64,000 nt of DNA from an uncultured virus (IMG/VR IMGVR_UViG_3300025141_000059) (IMGVR_UViG_3300025141_000059), one strand, 5' to 3'. Counted from the stretch's first letter, positions 6,464 through 17,044 are shown. The notes: generated by a model from the letters alone, not told the origin. Numbers and translations: made by a program.

Positions 6464-6608
6464 TTGGATTAAATCCCAGAGTATATGTATCGTTCAAAGT
6501 AAGGACGGTGCAATCTGGGGTTCGTCTTATCGAGGGGGAGGCCAATACACAAGCGAAGAGCTGATGATTTATTTCTACAGGCACTTGGATATCCCTAATA
6601 AGAAATGA
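6408..6608 (+). CDS. Hypothetical protein
   Basis: Overlapping ORF in the + operon. Confidence 0.55.
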   Translation: MIDEMTESQQKMVMVKFADWIKSQSICIVQSKDGAIWGSSYRGGGQYTSEELMIYFYRHLDIPNKK

Positions 6609-6708
6609 AAGTTATATATTGGGATGATCTATTTCCTAACGCTTGGCCTATTGACAATAAACTGCTTTTTATATCTTATATATTTATCACAATAAACTAA
6701 AACAAGCT

Positions 6709-7185
6709 ATGAAACTATACGATGTGTTCGAGATCAGAATGTTGCCTGACAGCAACGCCTTCCAAGAGATCCTGGAAGAAATCTTAGGTGTTAATGTACG
6801 ACCTGAACAGGTCACGCGACACGATGATGGAAACGGTTTTTGCTTCGAGGCGAAGCTGAAGATCAAGCCGACAGACAAGAGCGAGGTTCACATTATGATG
6901 AACCACGACCTCAAGTTCATGATTATTCCGTATAATTCTAAGGGGCAAAAGTTCCCGACAAGATATATGCCATTCAACACGCTTGACAAGGGTACGGAGT
7001 TGGTGGCGTACCTGATACATAAGGGCTATTTGGCTCCAAAGCGTAGGAAGAACATGGAAAATACCGAGCCACCATACATCGAGCAACTGTTAGCAGAGGC
7101 ACAGAAGAAGAGAACCACCATGACAATGATAGCAATTATCGGGTGGATAGCAGCCGCAGTAGCAATAGCAGCACTATTGAGTTAA
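6709..7185 (+). CDS. Hypothetical protein with a C-terminal TM anchor
   Basis: 158 aa with a hydrophobic C-terminus and A-rich leader. Confidence 0.75.
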   Translation: MKLYDVFEIRMLPDSNAFQEILEEILGVNVRPEQVTRHDDGNGFCFEAKLKIKPTDKSEVHIMMNHDLKFMIIPYNSKGQKFPTRYMPFNTLDKGTELVAYLIHKGYLAPKRRKNMENTEPPYIEQLLAEAQKKRTTMTMIAIIGWIAAAVAIAALLS

Positions 7186-7190
7186 AGCGT

Positions 7191-7493
7191 ATGATAGGGT
7201 TTGACGAGTACCTACAGGTCACGGATCCTAAGAGGTTCGTCGATGTCAGATTGAAGAAGAGTGATCTTGTCGATAAGGTCAAGGTCATTGGAGGGTATGA
7301 GGTCACACTCATGATACATGGTGTACCGTACATCTATCTGGTCAGACCAGGAGAGACGCAGTTGCATGTGATAGATACCTATGGTAATCTTCGGAACCTC
7401 TCCTGTTTTCAACTGAATAAACCCCTTGAACCTAAAAGAGAGGTAACAACGCCGCGAACGTGGCTCAAAGACAAGAATGATGACAGGGTATGA
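7191..7493 (+). CDS. Hypothetical protein
   Basis: ATG lies just after the previous stop. Confidence 0.65.
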   Translation: MIGFDEYLQVTDPKRFVDVRLKKSDLVDKVKVIGGYEVTLMIHGVPYIYLVRPGETQLHVIDTYGNLRNLSCFQLNKPLEPKREVTTPRTWLKDKNDDRV

Positions 7494-7728
7494 GGACTGC
7501 GCAGGCAGTGTGCTTAAGAAGTATGATTTTGTGGGGTATGTACAATATGACCGCCTGTACAGAGGGTTCGTACACAGCTTCACACCGAAAAAGGTCAGAG
7601 TGATTCCCGTATACAACATGAGGTCAACATTACCGAAGATCGTCATTGACCGGGCAACAGCAAAGGACTTTGTGACCATCAGGCCGGACCGACTTATAAA
7701 AGCGGTGAAGCCTGGTCATTATCGTTGA
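7477..7728 (+). CDS. Hypothetical protein
   Basis: Overlapping ORF in the + operon. Confidence 0.6.
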   Translation: MMTGYEDCAGSVLKKYDFVGYVQYDRLYRGFVHSFTPKKVRVIPVYNMRSTLPKIVIDRATAKDFVTIRPDRLIKAVKPGHYR

Positions 7729-7800
7729 ATGGTTCATTTCACCGAGGACATACAGGGGGATCGTCAACGAGTCCCCCTGCCTCACCTAAAGAAGATAATT

Positions 7801-7947
7801 ATGGAACAAGAAGAACTTGTAAGAGAGCTGAATGAACGGCTCAAGGAAAGACTGAAGGAGAAATCCGGTTGGGGCAGGATAGAGTTGGGTGTGGTCATCG
7901 ATAAGGTGACCATAGACGTCCTGTCAGAGGCTGTAAGTAAGAAATGA
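7801..7947 (+). CDS. Small hypothetical protein
   Basis: ATGA overlap with the polymerase gene. Confidence 0.5.
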   Translation: MEQEELVRELNERLKERLKEKSGWGRIELGVVIDKVTIDVLSEAVSKK

Positions 7948-9866
7948 TCTATTTCATAGGGCCAGAGCGCCCTCTCAGTACGATACCGACCGCTACCATG
8001 GAGGAGTGTGTGACGTATTGTACTGAGCAGGCCCTGTTGGGGCTTGACACTGAGACGACCGGTCTTGATGTGACCGACAACAAGATCATCATGGTGCAGA
8101 TAGGGACCGCTGCAAAGCAGTTCGTGATAGACACAAGGTTTGTCAGCATCGAGCCATTGCGCGGTATACTTGAGGGTAAGAGGAGCCTCAAGATACTTCA
8201 CAATGCAAAATTCGATTACCAATTCTTCAGAAATATGGGAATTGTACTGGAGAGGGTGTGGGATACCATGCTCATGGATCAGGTCATCCATTGTGGGGAT
8301 GAGAAGATAAGGTATGGATTGGACAAGGTTGTCCTTCGATATCTGAAAATAACGCTCAAGAAGGACGTCCGTGGTCAGTTCATCGGATTGTCCGGTGCCC
8401 CTTACACGGACGCACAGGTGGTATATGGTGCCAAGGATGTTGAATACTTGGAACAGATATATGATCATCAGGTGCCTATTATCAATAGGATACAGTTGAA
8501 AAGCACCGTGGGTCTGGAAAATGCAGTAGTTCTTGCATTTGCAGACATAGAGTACAATGGGTTGGATCTGGACATAGAGAAGTGGAAAGAACTCACTGTC
8601 AATTTTGAACATGACATGCACGAGCTGGAAAAAGGGCTCGACGAAGCAATATTTGCGGACAAACGGTTCGCATCATTGATACCGGAGTATGTACAGACAG
8701 AGCTCTTTGAAACAGAGATACGTAGACTTCACATCAAGTGGAGTTCACCGAAGCAGGTACTCGAAGTAATGCAGAAGATAGTACCGAATTTAGCTGATGT
8801 CAACGGAAAAAATTTGTATCTTCATAGGAAGAAACATCCCATAATTTCTGTTTACATCAAGTACAAGGAACAAGCGAAGATCGTGTCTTCCTACGGGGAA
8901 GCCTTCCTTCAGAATTTAAAGTCTGATGGTAGGATTCACACATCCTTCAGGCAGATTCTGAGCACAGGGAGAGTGAGTTCATCTCATCCGAACATGCAGC
9001 AGATACCTGGCGACAATGCCTTTAGGAATTGCTTCATAGCACCTGAAGGTTGGAAGTTCGTCAGCAGTGACTACAGCTCTCAAGAGCTTAACGTCATTGC
9101 CTATGGTTCTAAGGATCCAGTATGGCTTAAAGCACTTAAAGATGAGCAGGATCTGCATTCAGTATGTGCTGAGCTTGTGTATGGAGATGTGTGGAAGAAA
9201 GCAGCACTACCAGATTGTGCCTTCTATAGAATGGACATCAACTATGTACTTGAAGGCCCTGTTCATATGAAAGAGAAGTGCAATTGTCCTGAACATAAGA
9301 AGCTCAGGACGAATGTGAAGACAGTGAACTTCGGACTTGCCTACGGTATGGGCCCACAGAAGCTTGCTGATACCATTGAGGTGTCCATGGCTGATGCCAA
9401 GAAGTTGATCGAAGAGTATTTCAAGGTGTTCCCATCTATTGGGGATTTCCTTGACAAGCTTGGAAAATTCGGTGTGCGGTACGGCTTTGCCAAGACCTAT
9501 CCACCGTTCAATAGGAGACGCAAGTTTCCACAATGGCATCAGTATCTGGGACAGAGTCCTTCAGATAGTGGAACCATCAGTACCATTGAACGTGCAAGTA
9601 AGAACACTCCCATCCAGGGAACAAGTGCCGACATGACCAAGCTTGCCTTAGTGTATGTCCGTAGGAAGATCAAAAAGTCCTACGGTAACAACAAGGTACG
9701 CTTGGTAATGACCATACATGATCAGATCGATACCATCTGTAGGGAAGATGTTGCTGAACAATGGAAGGAAGACCTTACAAGATGCATGCAGGTGGCGGCA
9801 GACGCTATCATCAGTAATGAACTACTCAAAGCAGAAACAGAGGTAACTGACGCTTGGAGCAAATAA
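7944..9866 (+). CDS. polA: Family A DNA polymerase with 3'-5' exonuclease domain
   Basis: Exo motifs LDTETTG, HNAKFD and YGAKD; TGRVSS..PNMQQIP; motif A DYSSQE; motif B RTNVKTVNFGLAYG; motif C IHDQI. Confidence 0.97.
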   Translation: MIYFIGPERPLSTIPTATMEECVTYCTEQALLGLDTETTGLDVTDNKIIMVQIGTAAKQFVIDTRFVSIEPLRGILEGKRSLKILHNAKFDYQFFRNMGIVLERVWDTMLMDQVIHCGDEKIRYGLDKVVLRYLKITLKKDVRGQFIGLSGAPYTDAQVVYGAKDVEYLEQIYDHQVPIINRIQLKSTVGLENAVVLAFADIEYNGLDLDIEKWKELTVNFEHDMHELEKGLDEAIFADKRFASLIPEYVQTELFETEIRRLHIKWSSPKQVLEVMQKIVPNLADVNGKNLYLHRKKHPIISVYIKYKEQAKIVSSYGEAFLQNLKSDGRIHTSFRQILSTGRVSSSHPNMQQIPGDNAFRNCFIAPEGWKFVSSDYSSQELNVIAYGSKDPVWLKALKDEQDLHSVCAELVYGDVWKKAALPDCAFYRMDINYVLEGPVHMKEKCNCPEHKKLRTNVKTVNFGLAYGMGPQKLADTIEVSMADAKKLIEEYFKVFPSIGDFLDKLGKFGVRYGFAKTYPPFNRRRKFPQWHQYLGQSPSDSGTISTIERASKNTPIQGTSADMTKLALVYVRRKIKKSYGNNKVRLVMTIHDQIDTICREDVAEQWKEDLTRCMQVAADAIISNELLKAETEVTDAWSK

Positions 9867-9877
9867 ATGGAAAAACT

Positions 9878-11092
9878 ATGAAATTAGAAGGAAGATCAAT
9901 TAAGGATATTGAACAGAACATTGCATTTCAGAACTACCTCAGATCAGGGAGTAAGGGTGCTGTGATCGCCGGTACCGGCTTTGGTAAGACCAGGGTCGGT
10001 GTCATCGCGGCAGAGGATGCATTGAACTGCAACCACCATGATGTTCTCATTCTCGTACCATTTGAACACCTCAAGGACAGGTTCCGAGAGGAGTTCAAGA
10101 AGACGGGGAGAGAGGAACTTCTGGAGAAGGTGGAGTTTCATTGCTATGCATCTGCCAAGAAAGTGATAGAGGAGAGGAAGAATTACTCCGCTATCATATG
10201 TGACGAGATACATCTGGGACTGACAGACAAGTGTTTTGAGCTCTACAAGCTCTACATGGACACACGTATGTTGTTTCTCACGGCCACATTGCCGGAGGAT
10301 CCCACTTACAGGATGAGACTACATGTCCTAGTTCCTACGGTGTATACCATCACATTGGATGAATGTGTGGAGAAGGGGCTCGTGGCCCCATACTCCATTG
10401 AATGTCTTGGAGTTGAACTCACGGAACGTGAGGCCAAAGACTACAAGAAGGTCAACTCGAACTTCGGGTACTGGAAGCAGCAACTTGGGTTTGATGCTTT
10501 CAAGCATGCACAGAGGGTGCTTGCGAACAAGAAGAAGTACAGTAAGCTTGTCAAGGCGGCAGTAGGTTTCTACAGAGCCATCAGACAGCGGAAGGAGATA
10601 GTTGACCATGCAAATAATAAGATCTCAGTGGCCTCAAGGCTTACTGAGGAGTATGAGGGGAAGATCCTCGTGTTCGGAGGGGACAATGCATTCACCGATC
10701 TTCTCGCAGAAGGGATCGATGGTAGTGTGGTCTATCATTCTGCGCGTAAAGCGAAGGAGAAGAGAGAAGCACTGCAAAAGTTCAAAGATGGACGGGCATA
10801 TGTCCTCTGTAGTACCAAGGCCTTGAATCAGGGACTTGATGTTCCTGATGCTGGAATAGGTCTGATCTGTGGTCTTACAAGTAAGGCTTTGACCATGATC
10901 CAAAGAGTTGGGAGACTGGTACGTATCGATCCCGAAAACCCTGAAAAATCAGGTAAAGTAGTGGTGGTGTACGTGAAAGACTCCCAAGAAGAGAAGTGGC
11001 TGAGAAGCGCATTGAAAAACATAGATAGATCAAACATATCATGGAAAGATGCAGACGTAACAATAGAAGCCCAGAGCAGCTTGGTCACCTGA
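9878..11092 (+). CDS. Superfamily 2 DExH helicase
   Basis: Motifs GTGFGKT, DEIH, TAT, GLDVP and QRVGR. Confidence 0.93.
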   Translation: MKLEGRSIKDIEQNIAFQNYLRSGSKGAVIAGTGFGKTRVGVIAAEDALNCNHHDVLILVPFEHLKDRFREEFKKTGREELLEKVEFHCYASAKKVIEERKNYSAIICDEIHLGLTDKCFELYKLYMDTRMLFLTATLPEDPTYRMRLHVLVPTVYTITLDECVEKGLVAPYSIECLGVELTEREAKDYKKVNSNFGYWKQQLGFDAFKHAQRVLANKKKYSKLVKAAVGFYRAIRQRKEIVDHANNKISVASRLTEEYEGKILVFGGDNAFTDLLAEGIDGSVVYHSARKAKEKREALQKFKDGRAYVLCSTKALNQGLDVPDAGIGLICGLTSKALTMIQRVGRLVRIDPENPEKSGKVVVVYVKDSQEEKWLRSALKNIDRSNISWKDADVTIEAQSSLVT

Positions 11093-11112
11093 TCGGCAGG
11101 TCCCGGGGTCCT

Positions 11113-11268
11113 ATGACGGACCTCGGTGATCTTGTCGAGACGGCAAAGAGAATGAACCTACAACGTTTCAAGTACCCCGTTGAGTATAGGTTCGAAGAGG
11201 AGAGGCACAATGACACTGCAGGGTACGAGCGGATAATAATTGAAGAGGAAAAAAGAATAGAATTCTAA
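11113..11268 (+). CDS. Small hypothetical protein
   Basis: TAATG coupling to the next gene. Confidence 0.5.
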   Translation: MTDLGDLVETAKRMNLQRFKYPVEYRFEEERHNDTAGYERIIIEEEKRIEF

Positions 11269-11807
11269 TGGATACCGAGATCGCGATAGACCTTAGATGG
11301 CTTGCAGAACTGGAGATAACTCCAGATGATTTCGTGTACCTGTACTGCAGGCATAAAGAGGTCAAGTTGACCAAAAAATTGAAAGTTCGACCCCGTGTGA
11401 CCACGTTACAGTCAAAGGGTCTTTGCAAGATGACACCTGAAGGGGTTGTAGTGCGCCAGAAGTTCAAAGATCTGATAGAAACTGATTTTGATCAGCAATT
11501 CGCAGAGCTATTGAGCACGTATCCGATGAAGGTCGGGTCCCCTGGTAACTACAGGACACTTCATGCTGCGGATCCGAGAGCAAAGGCCAATGATGTTTCC
11601 CGCAGGAGATACAAGAAAGTGTTGGAGAAGGATCCCACTCTTCATAGGAAGATAATGACCCTACTTCAGGTACAGCTGGACATGCAACGTAGCAAGTTAC
11701 AGTTCTTACAGGCACTGGAAGTGTGGATAAATGCGAGAACGTGGGAGCGTTGGGAGGGAATGGACAAGGAAGAAACATCCGATGGCAGAATTACCACCGA
11801 GTTATAA
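11268..11807 (+). CDS. Putative replication initiator / replisome organiser
   Basis: F...YP.K and W.N..TWE patterns resemble phage replisome-organiser C-termini. Lies immediately upstream of the DnaB gene. Confidence 0.5.
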   Translation: MDTEIAIDLRWLAELEITPDDFVYLYCRHKEVKLTKKLKVRPRVTTLQSKGLCKMTPEGVVVRQKFKDLIETDFDQQFAELLSTYPMKVGSPGNYRTLHAADPRAKANDVSRRRYKKVLEKDPTLHRKIMTLLQVQLDMQRSKLQFLQALEVWINARTWERWEGMDKEETSDGRITTEL

Positions 11808-12735
11808 GGAGCTGCTCAAAGAGCTGAATTTTCAGCCTATGAGAACAGCGGTTCGGCAGTCAATAGCTGTCGTTGATGAGGCACGTAGAGGAGAAAGGAA
11901 CATATTGCCAAGTAAGTTCCGTCGCATGAACAGGAACCTCCTTGGGGGTTTCCAACCAGGCAAGCTCTACGTTGTGGCAGGAAGACCCGGCGTTGGTAAG
12001 AGTGCCTTCAGTAATCAGTTGATCTTTGACATATTGGATGTCGCGAAGCTGGAGGGAAGAGACGTTGTCTGTTTCTACTGGTCCTTTGAGATGCCTGGGT
12101 TTCAACAGATACTCAGGAGTGCATCAAAGGATACAGGGAAACAGCTTGCGGAGCTCTACTCCATCGATCGCACATTGAGTCAGGCAGAGTTCAACATGTT
12201 TGAAAAGGCAGTTATCAAGTTTGCCAAATACCCCGTGTTCTTTCAGAACTACGCACGGGATGTAGAATTTATGGAAGAGGCGTGCACGAAGTTCATGCAC
12301 AGTAGACCGAAGACTCTCATTATCAATCTCATAGACCACACCAGACTGGTGCCGGCAAAGGAGACTGAAAAGGAGATGATAGCGTTGAACCGTCTTTCCA
12401 AAGGGTGTATGAGAATGCAATCACGAATGGGATGTATAAACATCCTGCTTTCTCAGTTAAACCGTAATATCGAAAAAGAGGAACGAAGAGATAAGCAGTT
12501 CCAGCCCATGCTATCAGACCTGTTCGGGGGAGATAGCATCGGTCAGGACGCACATGCGGTTATGATGCTGCAACGACCTCACGATCTGTATGGAATAACA
12601 AAACCCTACTGCGGTCACAATCCTATTGGATTGATGGCTGTCCATTTCGAAAAGAACAGAGATGGAATGCTCGGCATGATACCGTTCGAGTTTGATGGAA
12701 GTACATTCACTATAAAAGAACGAAAGAAGACATGA
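11782..12735 (+). CDS. dnaB: DnaB-like replicative helicase (C-terminal RecA domain only)
   Basis: Motifs AGRPGVGKS, SFEM, IDH, LSQLNR, DLFGGDSIGQDA and KNRDG. Confidence 0.95.
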   Translation: MAELPPSYKELLKELNFQPMRTAVRQSIAVVDEARRGERNILPSKFRRMNRNLLGGFQPGKLYVVAGRPGVGKSAFSNQLIFDILDVAKLEGRDVVCFYWSFEMPGFQQILRSASKDTGKQLAELYSIDRTLSQAEFNMFEKAVIKFAKYPVFFQNYARDVEFMEEACTKFMHSRPKTLIINLIDHTRLVPAKETEKEMIALNRLSKGCMRMQSRMGCINILLSQLNRNIEKEERRDKQFQPMLSDLFGGDSIGQDAHAVMMLQRPHDLYGITKPYCGHNPIGLMAVHFEKNRDGMLGMIPFEFDGSTFTIKERKKT

Positions 12736-13508
12736 GTGAATTGATGGAGTTGGTGCTACCTACAGCACCCGTGACCGGGACAACGAAGAGTCCGGAGAAT
12801 CTCATCATCTATTCCAAACCCAAGGTGGGTAAGACTACCATGCTCTCGAAGCTGGAGAATTGCCTGATCATTGACCTTGAAAAGGGCACGAATAAGATAG
12901 ATGCGTTGAAAATACAGGCAAACAGCTTAGTAGAGCTGACAGCATGGATCAAGAAGATCCGTGCATCCGAACACAAGTACAGATACATAGCGGTCGACAC
13001 TATCACCGAGCTTGAGGCATGGTGTGAGTGGGACGGAACGTTGATGTACATGAAGACCCCTATGGGCAAGAAGTTCAACCGCAAGGTTGATGCAAAGGAC
13101 AATCTGATCTTTGACGATCACGGCAAGTCACAGTTACTTCCGAGATCCAAATGGCAGAGCTGTCTGACCCTTCCCAAAGGAGCAGGATACCTTTATTTAA
13201 GGAACAGCTTCAAGAAATGGATGAATCTAATTCTTGACCTGGCCCCGCATGTGATATTCGTAGCGCACGTACGCGATGCGATGGTGGAGAAGAAAGGCAA
13301 AGAAATGGCCACACAGGACCTCGATCTTACAGGAAAATTGAAGACCATCACTGCTCAGAAAGCAGATGCTGTCGGATATGTGTACTGGGAGGATGATCAA
13401 TTGACGATCTCCTTCTCAACACGGAATGGCGCGGAAGCGAATTCCCGATGTGAGCACCTTAAGAACAAGATATTACCATTCGAGTGGGAGAATATCTTTA
13501 TTGATTAA
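12732..13508 (+). CDS. AAA-family ATPase (AAA_24/Sak4-like)
   Basis: Walker A YSKPKVGKTT, plus IDLEKG, VDT and FVAH. Confidence 0.85.
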   Translation: MSELMELVLPTAPVTGTTKSPENLIIYSKPKVGKTTMLSKLENCLIIDLEKGTNKIDALKIQANSLVELTAWIKKIRASEHKYRYIAVDTITELEAWCEWDGTLMYMKTPMGKKFNRKVDAKDNLIFDDHGKSQLLPRSKWQSCLTLPKGAGYLYLRNSFKKWMNLILDLAPHVIFVAHVRDAMVEKKGKEMATQDLDLTGKLKTITAQKADAVGYVYWEDDQLTISFSTRNGAEANSRCEHLKNKILPFEWENIFID

Positions 13509-13530
13509 CATTTTTAAACTGAAAACAACA

Positions 13531-14061
13531 ATGGGAATAGATGCCCGAGTAACAGATAAGAGCACTCCAAAAGAAAGAGATTTGTCGCAGTGCGAAGTAG
13601 TAAGTGAAGTAACAGTGGATATGATCCTGACGGATCTCGCCCTGGGACGTAACAAGGATGCCATTGCGGCACGTTACGCCTTCAGGGATGAAGCCTCTGG
13701 AGAGACCCTCCCCTTAGAAAGATGGATGGTGGACGCCATGTTCAAAGACCCTGCCCTTGTGGGTAGGACCCCGACCAGAGGACGTGTTCTACCCTTCGCC
13801 TTCAAAGGCAGTGAGGATACCCCGGTCAAGGCCATCAATACTGTTAAACCACTTGTCCGTGCAGGTAAAAAAGAGGAAGAAGAAATAGAGGATACTGATA
13901 ATGTGACGCCTCCTCCGACAGAAGAGGGCACGAATGATGTAGATCCTACAAAAGAAAATCTTCCGTGCGCAGAGGACTTCGATATGGAGGATACGACTGA
14001 TGCACCACAGTCTGATGCTGGTGAACAAACAGAAACTGAAGATCCAATAGAGGTCGGATAA
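13531..14061 (+). CDS. Hypothetical protein with an acidic disordered tail
   Basis: A-rich leader before the ATG at 13531. Confidence 0.75.
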   Translation: MGIDARVTDKSTPKERDLSQCEVVSEVTVDMILTDLALGRNKDAIAARYAFRDEASGETLPLERWMVDAMFKDPALVGRTPTRGRVLPFAFKGSEDTPVKAINTVKPLVRAGKKEEEEIEDTDNVTPPPTEEGTNDVDPTKENLPCAEDFDMEDTTDAPQSDAGEQTETEDPIEVG

Positions 14062-14071
14062 AACCGTAAGA

Positions 14072-14896
14072 ATGGGAGTTAGTAAGAATGCCTCTACGGA
14101 GGAAGTAATCAAGAGCAGGAAGCTCTACACAGGTATCGGAGAGTTCAAGGTCTTCGCTATAAATCCTACGATGGATGAACTTCATGAACATGAGGTCATG
14201 GTGCAGTCGGAACCTAAGTACGAAGTTGACTTCGGAGAAGGTCCCCTTACCAAGGTAGTGGCATGGTGTGAGTTCGATGGTGCTAAGATACCATTGGAGA
14301 TATTGCTCACGCCCGGTCCATGGCTAAGCAAGACCGGGAAGTACAAGTGGTACAACCGTACCGGCCAGGAGACATGGGGATTTGAGATCGAGAAGGGTTC
14401 AGGTATCCTTGACTTCGACAGGCTTCACGAGAAGGTGAAGGAGTTCTACAAAGAGCCGGAGACCGCTTACAGGATCCCAAAGGGTGGAGATACTCTTACG
14501 GACTTTGTAAAAGCATGGGCGAATGTGGAGACAGATGGTGAGATCTTCCTGAGCACTATCAATAAGATCGCTGATAGCGGTGACGTGAGAGAACTTCGCG
14601 AGCTGTTGGGTGACCTTAAGGAGAACCAGGTGAGACTTCTGGCCTTTGTCAGAGATGGGAAGTACAATGCCCTGTACACTCGACACTTCGGTCGTATGAA
14701 ACCTAAGCGTGATGACTGGTTCATCTCTGCCATGAGTGAAGAATACGGTGAGGTGAAGGGAGAGTACACCATGAAGTGGCAGGAGTATGATCCTACGGAA
14801 CCACAGGCTGATGCTGTACCTGAAGGCGGAGTTTCCTCTGATGAGGACTACGACATCGATGCGGTGGATGGGGATCCGTTGGAGATTGATGTTTGA
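14072..14896 (+). CDS. Putative single-stranded DNA-binding protein
   Basis: Sits in the replication module, has an aromatic-rich core and strongly acidic C-terminal tail, and is followed by a terminator. Confidence 0.55.
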   Translation: MGVSKNASTEEVIKSRKLYTGIGEFKVFAINPTMDELHEHEVMVQSEPKYEVDFGEGPLTKVVAWCEFDGAKIPLEILLTPGPWLSKTGKYKWYNRTGQETWGFEIEKGSGILDFDRLHEKVKEFYKEPETAYRIPKGGDTLTDFVKAWANVETDGEIFLSTINKIADSGDVRELRELLGDLKENQVRLLAFVRDGKYNALYTRHFGRMKPKRDDWFISAMSEEYGEVKGEYTMKWQEYDPTEPQADAVPEGGVSSDEDYDIDAVDGDPLEIDV

Positions 14897-14915
14897 TCGA
14901 CCAGGTTCAATTGAC

Positions 14916-14948
14916 AAAGGGCGCTAATTAAGTTTAGCGCCCTTTTTT
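14916..14948 (+). terminator. Rho-independent terminator
   Basis: AAAGGGCGCTAA / TTAGCGCCCTTT stem plus T tract. Confidence 0.85.
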
Positions 14949-15011
14949 AACTAAGAATAAAAATGAAAGCAGTATTTTTTCACGGAGAGACAGAAGAAAA
15001 GACCATACGCT

Positions 15012-15263
15012 ATGAGCACAAATTATGATTTTGATGTAGACCAGGCAAAAGAAACTTTAAGAGAGGCCGGCTATCTGGTTGATGTTCTCTGGAGTAAAGA
15101 TGATATACGGGGCCATGCAAAAGGACTCAATATGGAGATCACAGAAGAACAGGTGGATGAAGTGGCTGACCTACTTCAAAGAAAGTTTAATGCTGAATTC
15201 GGTATCAACCGGTTTATCATAGAATTAAGAATTAGAGAAGTAATGTACCGTGGGAGTAGATAA
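15012..15263 (+). CDS. Hypothetical protein
   Basis: ORF overlapping the primase start. Confidence 0.7.
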   Translation: MSTNYDFDVDQAKETLREAGYLVDVLWSKDDIRGHAKGLNMEITEEQVDEVADLLQRKFNAEFGINRFIIELRIREVMYRGSR

Positions 15264-16239
15264 GAGACGAAGCGACGTGGTACTCACGGTTGCAAGTATA
15301 CTGGAGAGAATATCAGATTTTGATATCTTTAAGTATTACTGTACTCCGTTCAGGGTTCCAGGGAACAAGTTCAGTTCAGAGTTGCGTGAGGATCCCATTC
15401 CAAGCGCCATCATTTCTCTTATCAATCGCCGACTACGATATAAGGACTTCGGGTATCCCGAGCATGCCTTTGACAGTTTCGGTTATGTCCAGGCCAAATA
15501 CGATCTCACATTCGTTGAGACCCTGCATATGATCAATAATGACTTCAGACTCGGGTTGAGTTCGAAGAAGCCTGGGGAGTTCACGAACAAGTATCGTGGG
15601 CTGAGTAGAGGGAAGGTGAAATTCAAACAGATAAAGAGCGTGATAAGGTACAGAAGCAGATTACCTAACTGGACAGATGAGCTGTACTGGGAAGAATTTC
15701 TCATACAGAAGACCACCAGGCGAACATTTTTCGTGAAACCGATAGATTACTACTGGATCAACGACAATAGGTTCAAAGCCCCAAAGGTGTGTTACGTGTA
15801 CTACGAGCACTCTCCAAGGTTCAAGGTGTACTCACCGCTTGTTGCTGAAGGGAAGTGGTACGGGAATGTACGGGCCAAGGACATCCAAGGATGGGCTGAC
15901 CTGCCGCCATTCGGAGATCGGATATACATCACATCATCGTTGAAGGACGCCATGGTGCTGTTTGAAGTGAAGGAGAGCGCAATAGCATTGCAGAGTGAAA
16001 GCGGTATGATGCCGAAAAACCTCATGGACCATCTGAAGCATCGGTTCAAGGAGGTGATCATCCTATACGACAATGACTTCGATAAGGATGAGAACCCCGG
16101 TCAAAGAATGGCCAAGAAGATATGTGAAGAGCACGGAGTGAGGAACATATGCATCCCCACGGAATTGGAATGTAAGGATCCAGCACTTGTAATGGCAGCG
16201 CATGGACCAATCACCCTTAAAAGGATAGTACGATCATGA
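15250..16239 (+). CDS. dnaG: DNA primase (Toprim), crAss-like type
   Basis: S.LRED..PS N-terminus, YKDFG, ITSSLKD, Toprim YDND and KDP. Confidence 0.85.
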   Translation: MGVDKRRSDVVLTVASILERISDFDIFKYYCTPFRVPGNKFSSELREDPIPSAIISLINRRLRYKDFGYPEHAFDSFGYVQAKYDLTFVETLHMINNDFRLGLSSKKPGEFTNKYRGLSRGKVKFKQIKSVIRYRSRLPNWTDELYWEEFLIQKTTRRTFFVKPIDYYWINDNRFKAPKVCYVYYEHSPRFKVYSPLVAEGKWYGNVRAKDIQGWADLPPFGDRIYITSSLKDAMVLFEVKESAIALQSESGMMPKNLMDHLKHRFKEVIILYDNDFDKDENPGQRMAKKICEEHGVRNICIPTELECKDPALVMAAHGPITLKRIVRS

Positions 16240-16457
16240 CAAAAGAAGAAGCATTTAAGTATTGGGGCACCATGAACGGTTGGGATGAGGAAACGTCCAA
16301 GCAGTTCAGAATTGCCGAAGCAATACACCAAGATGATGTGCAAGCAAACCCTGAAGAACACCAGTATGCGCCAACGAATTATCAACAATCAAGCAGAGGC
16401 TATAATGAAAGCCGATGTAAGTGCGGATTCGGTTACTACGTAGACAGTTCAGGATAA
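16236..16457 (+). CDS. Hypothetical protein
   Basis: ATGA overlap with the primase gene. Confidence 0.6.
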   Translation: MTKEEAFKYWGTMNGWDEETSKQFRIAEAIHQDDVQANPEEHQYAPTNYQQSSRGYNESRCKCGFGYYVDSSG

Positions 16458-16469
16458 AGACAAGAAACC

Positions 16470-16883
16470 ATGAAAATATCAGATTGTTGCTCAGCAGAGC
16501 CGGTAGGAACAAGCGAGGACATTGGAATATGTCCTTCATGTAAAGAACATTGTGAATATATAGAGCCGGAGGAGTGTGACTACAACTGCGATGAAGAAGG
16601 GCTTTATGAAGCCAATATTGATGGTGCTGATGTGATGTGCGCATGTCCTAACCATTACAACCAGATCAACCAGCCGAAGAAAGAATCAAAGGAGCCGAAT
16701 GATGAGATCTACGTCATCGAAAAGAGGAGTTCCGGAGATGCCACATTCTTTTGGGCATTGAACGGTATGGGATATACTGCGAATATCAAGAATGCCCAGG
16801 AGTTCACCGAAGCGGAAGCAAAGGCGGTAACCTCAAGTCCCTTCTCAGATAAGATCGCTCACAAAAAATCAGATTTCACATGA
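16470..16883 (+). CDS. Cys-rich hypothetical protein (putative Zn-binding)
   Basis: SDCC...CPSCKEHC...C..C...CAC. Confidence 0.7.
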   Translation: MKISDCCSAEPVGTSEDIGICPSCKEHCEYIEPEECDYNCDEEGLYEANIDGADVMCACPNHYNQINQPKKESKEPNDEIYVIEKRSSGDATFFWALNGMGYTANIKNAQEFTEAEAKAVTSSPFSDKIAHKKSDFT

Positions 16884-17044
16884 GCGGAGACGAAGAGGCC
16901 TTCTGTGTCAGATGTGATAATCAATTAGATGATAAAATACTCCTATGCCACATCTGTGCAGGTGACGCAGTGGATGCATTAATGGAAAAAGAAAAGAACG
17001 ATGACCGGATTCAAGAATTCAAAAAAGGGCAGGAAGAAAGGTAA
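16880..17044 (+). CDS. Small zinc-finger protein (54 aa)
   Basis: Not in the track. CVRC...CHIC, with an ATGA overlap. Confidence 0.55.
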   Translation: MSGDEEAFCVRCDNQLDDKILLCHICAGDAVDALMEKEKNDDRIQEFKKGQEER

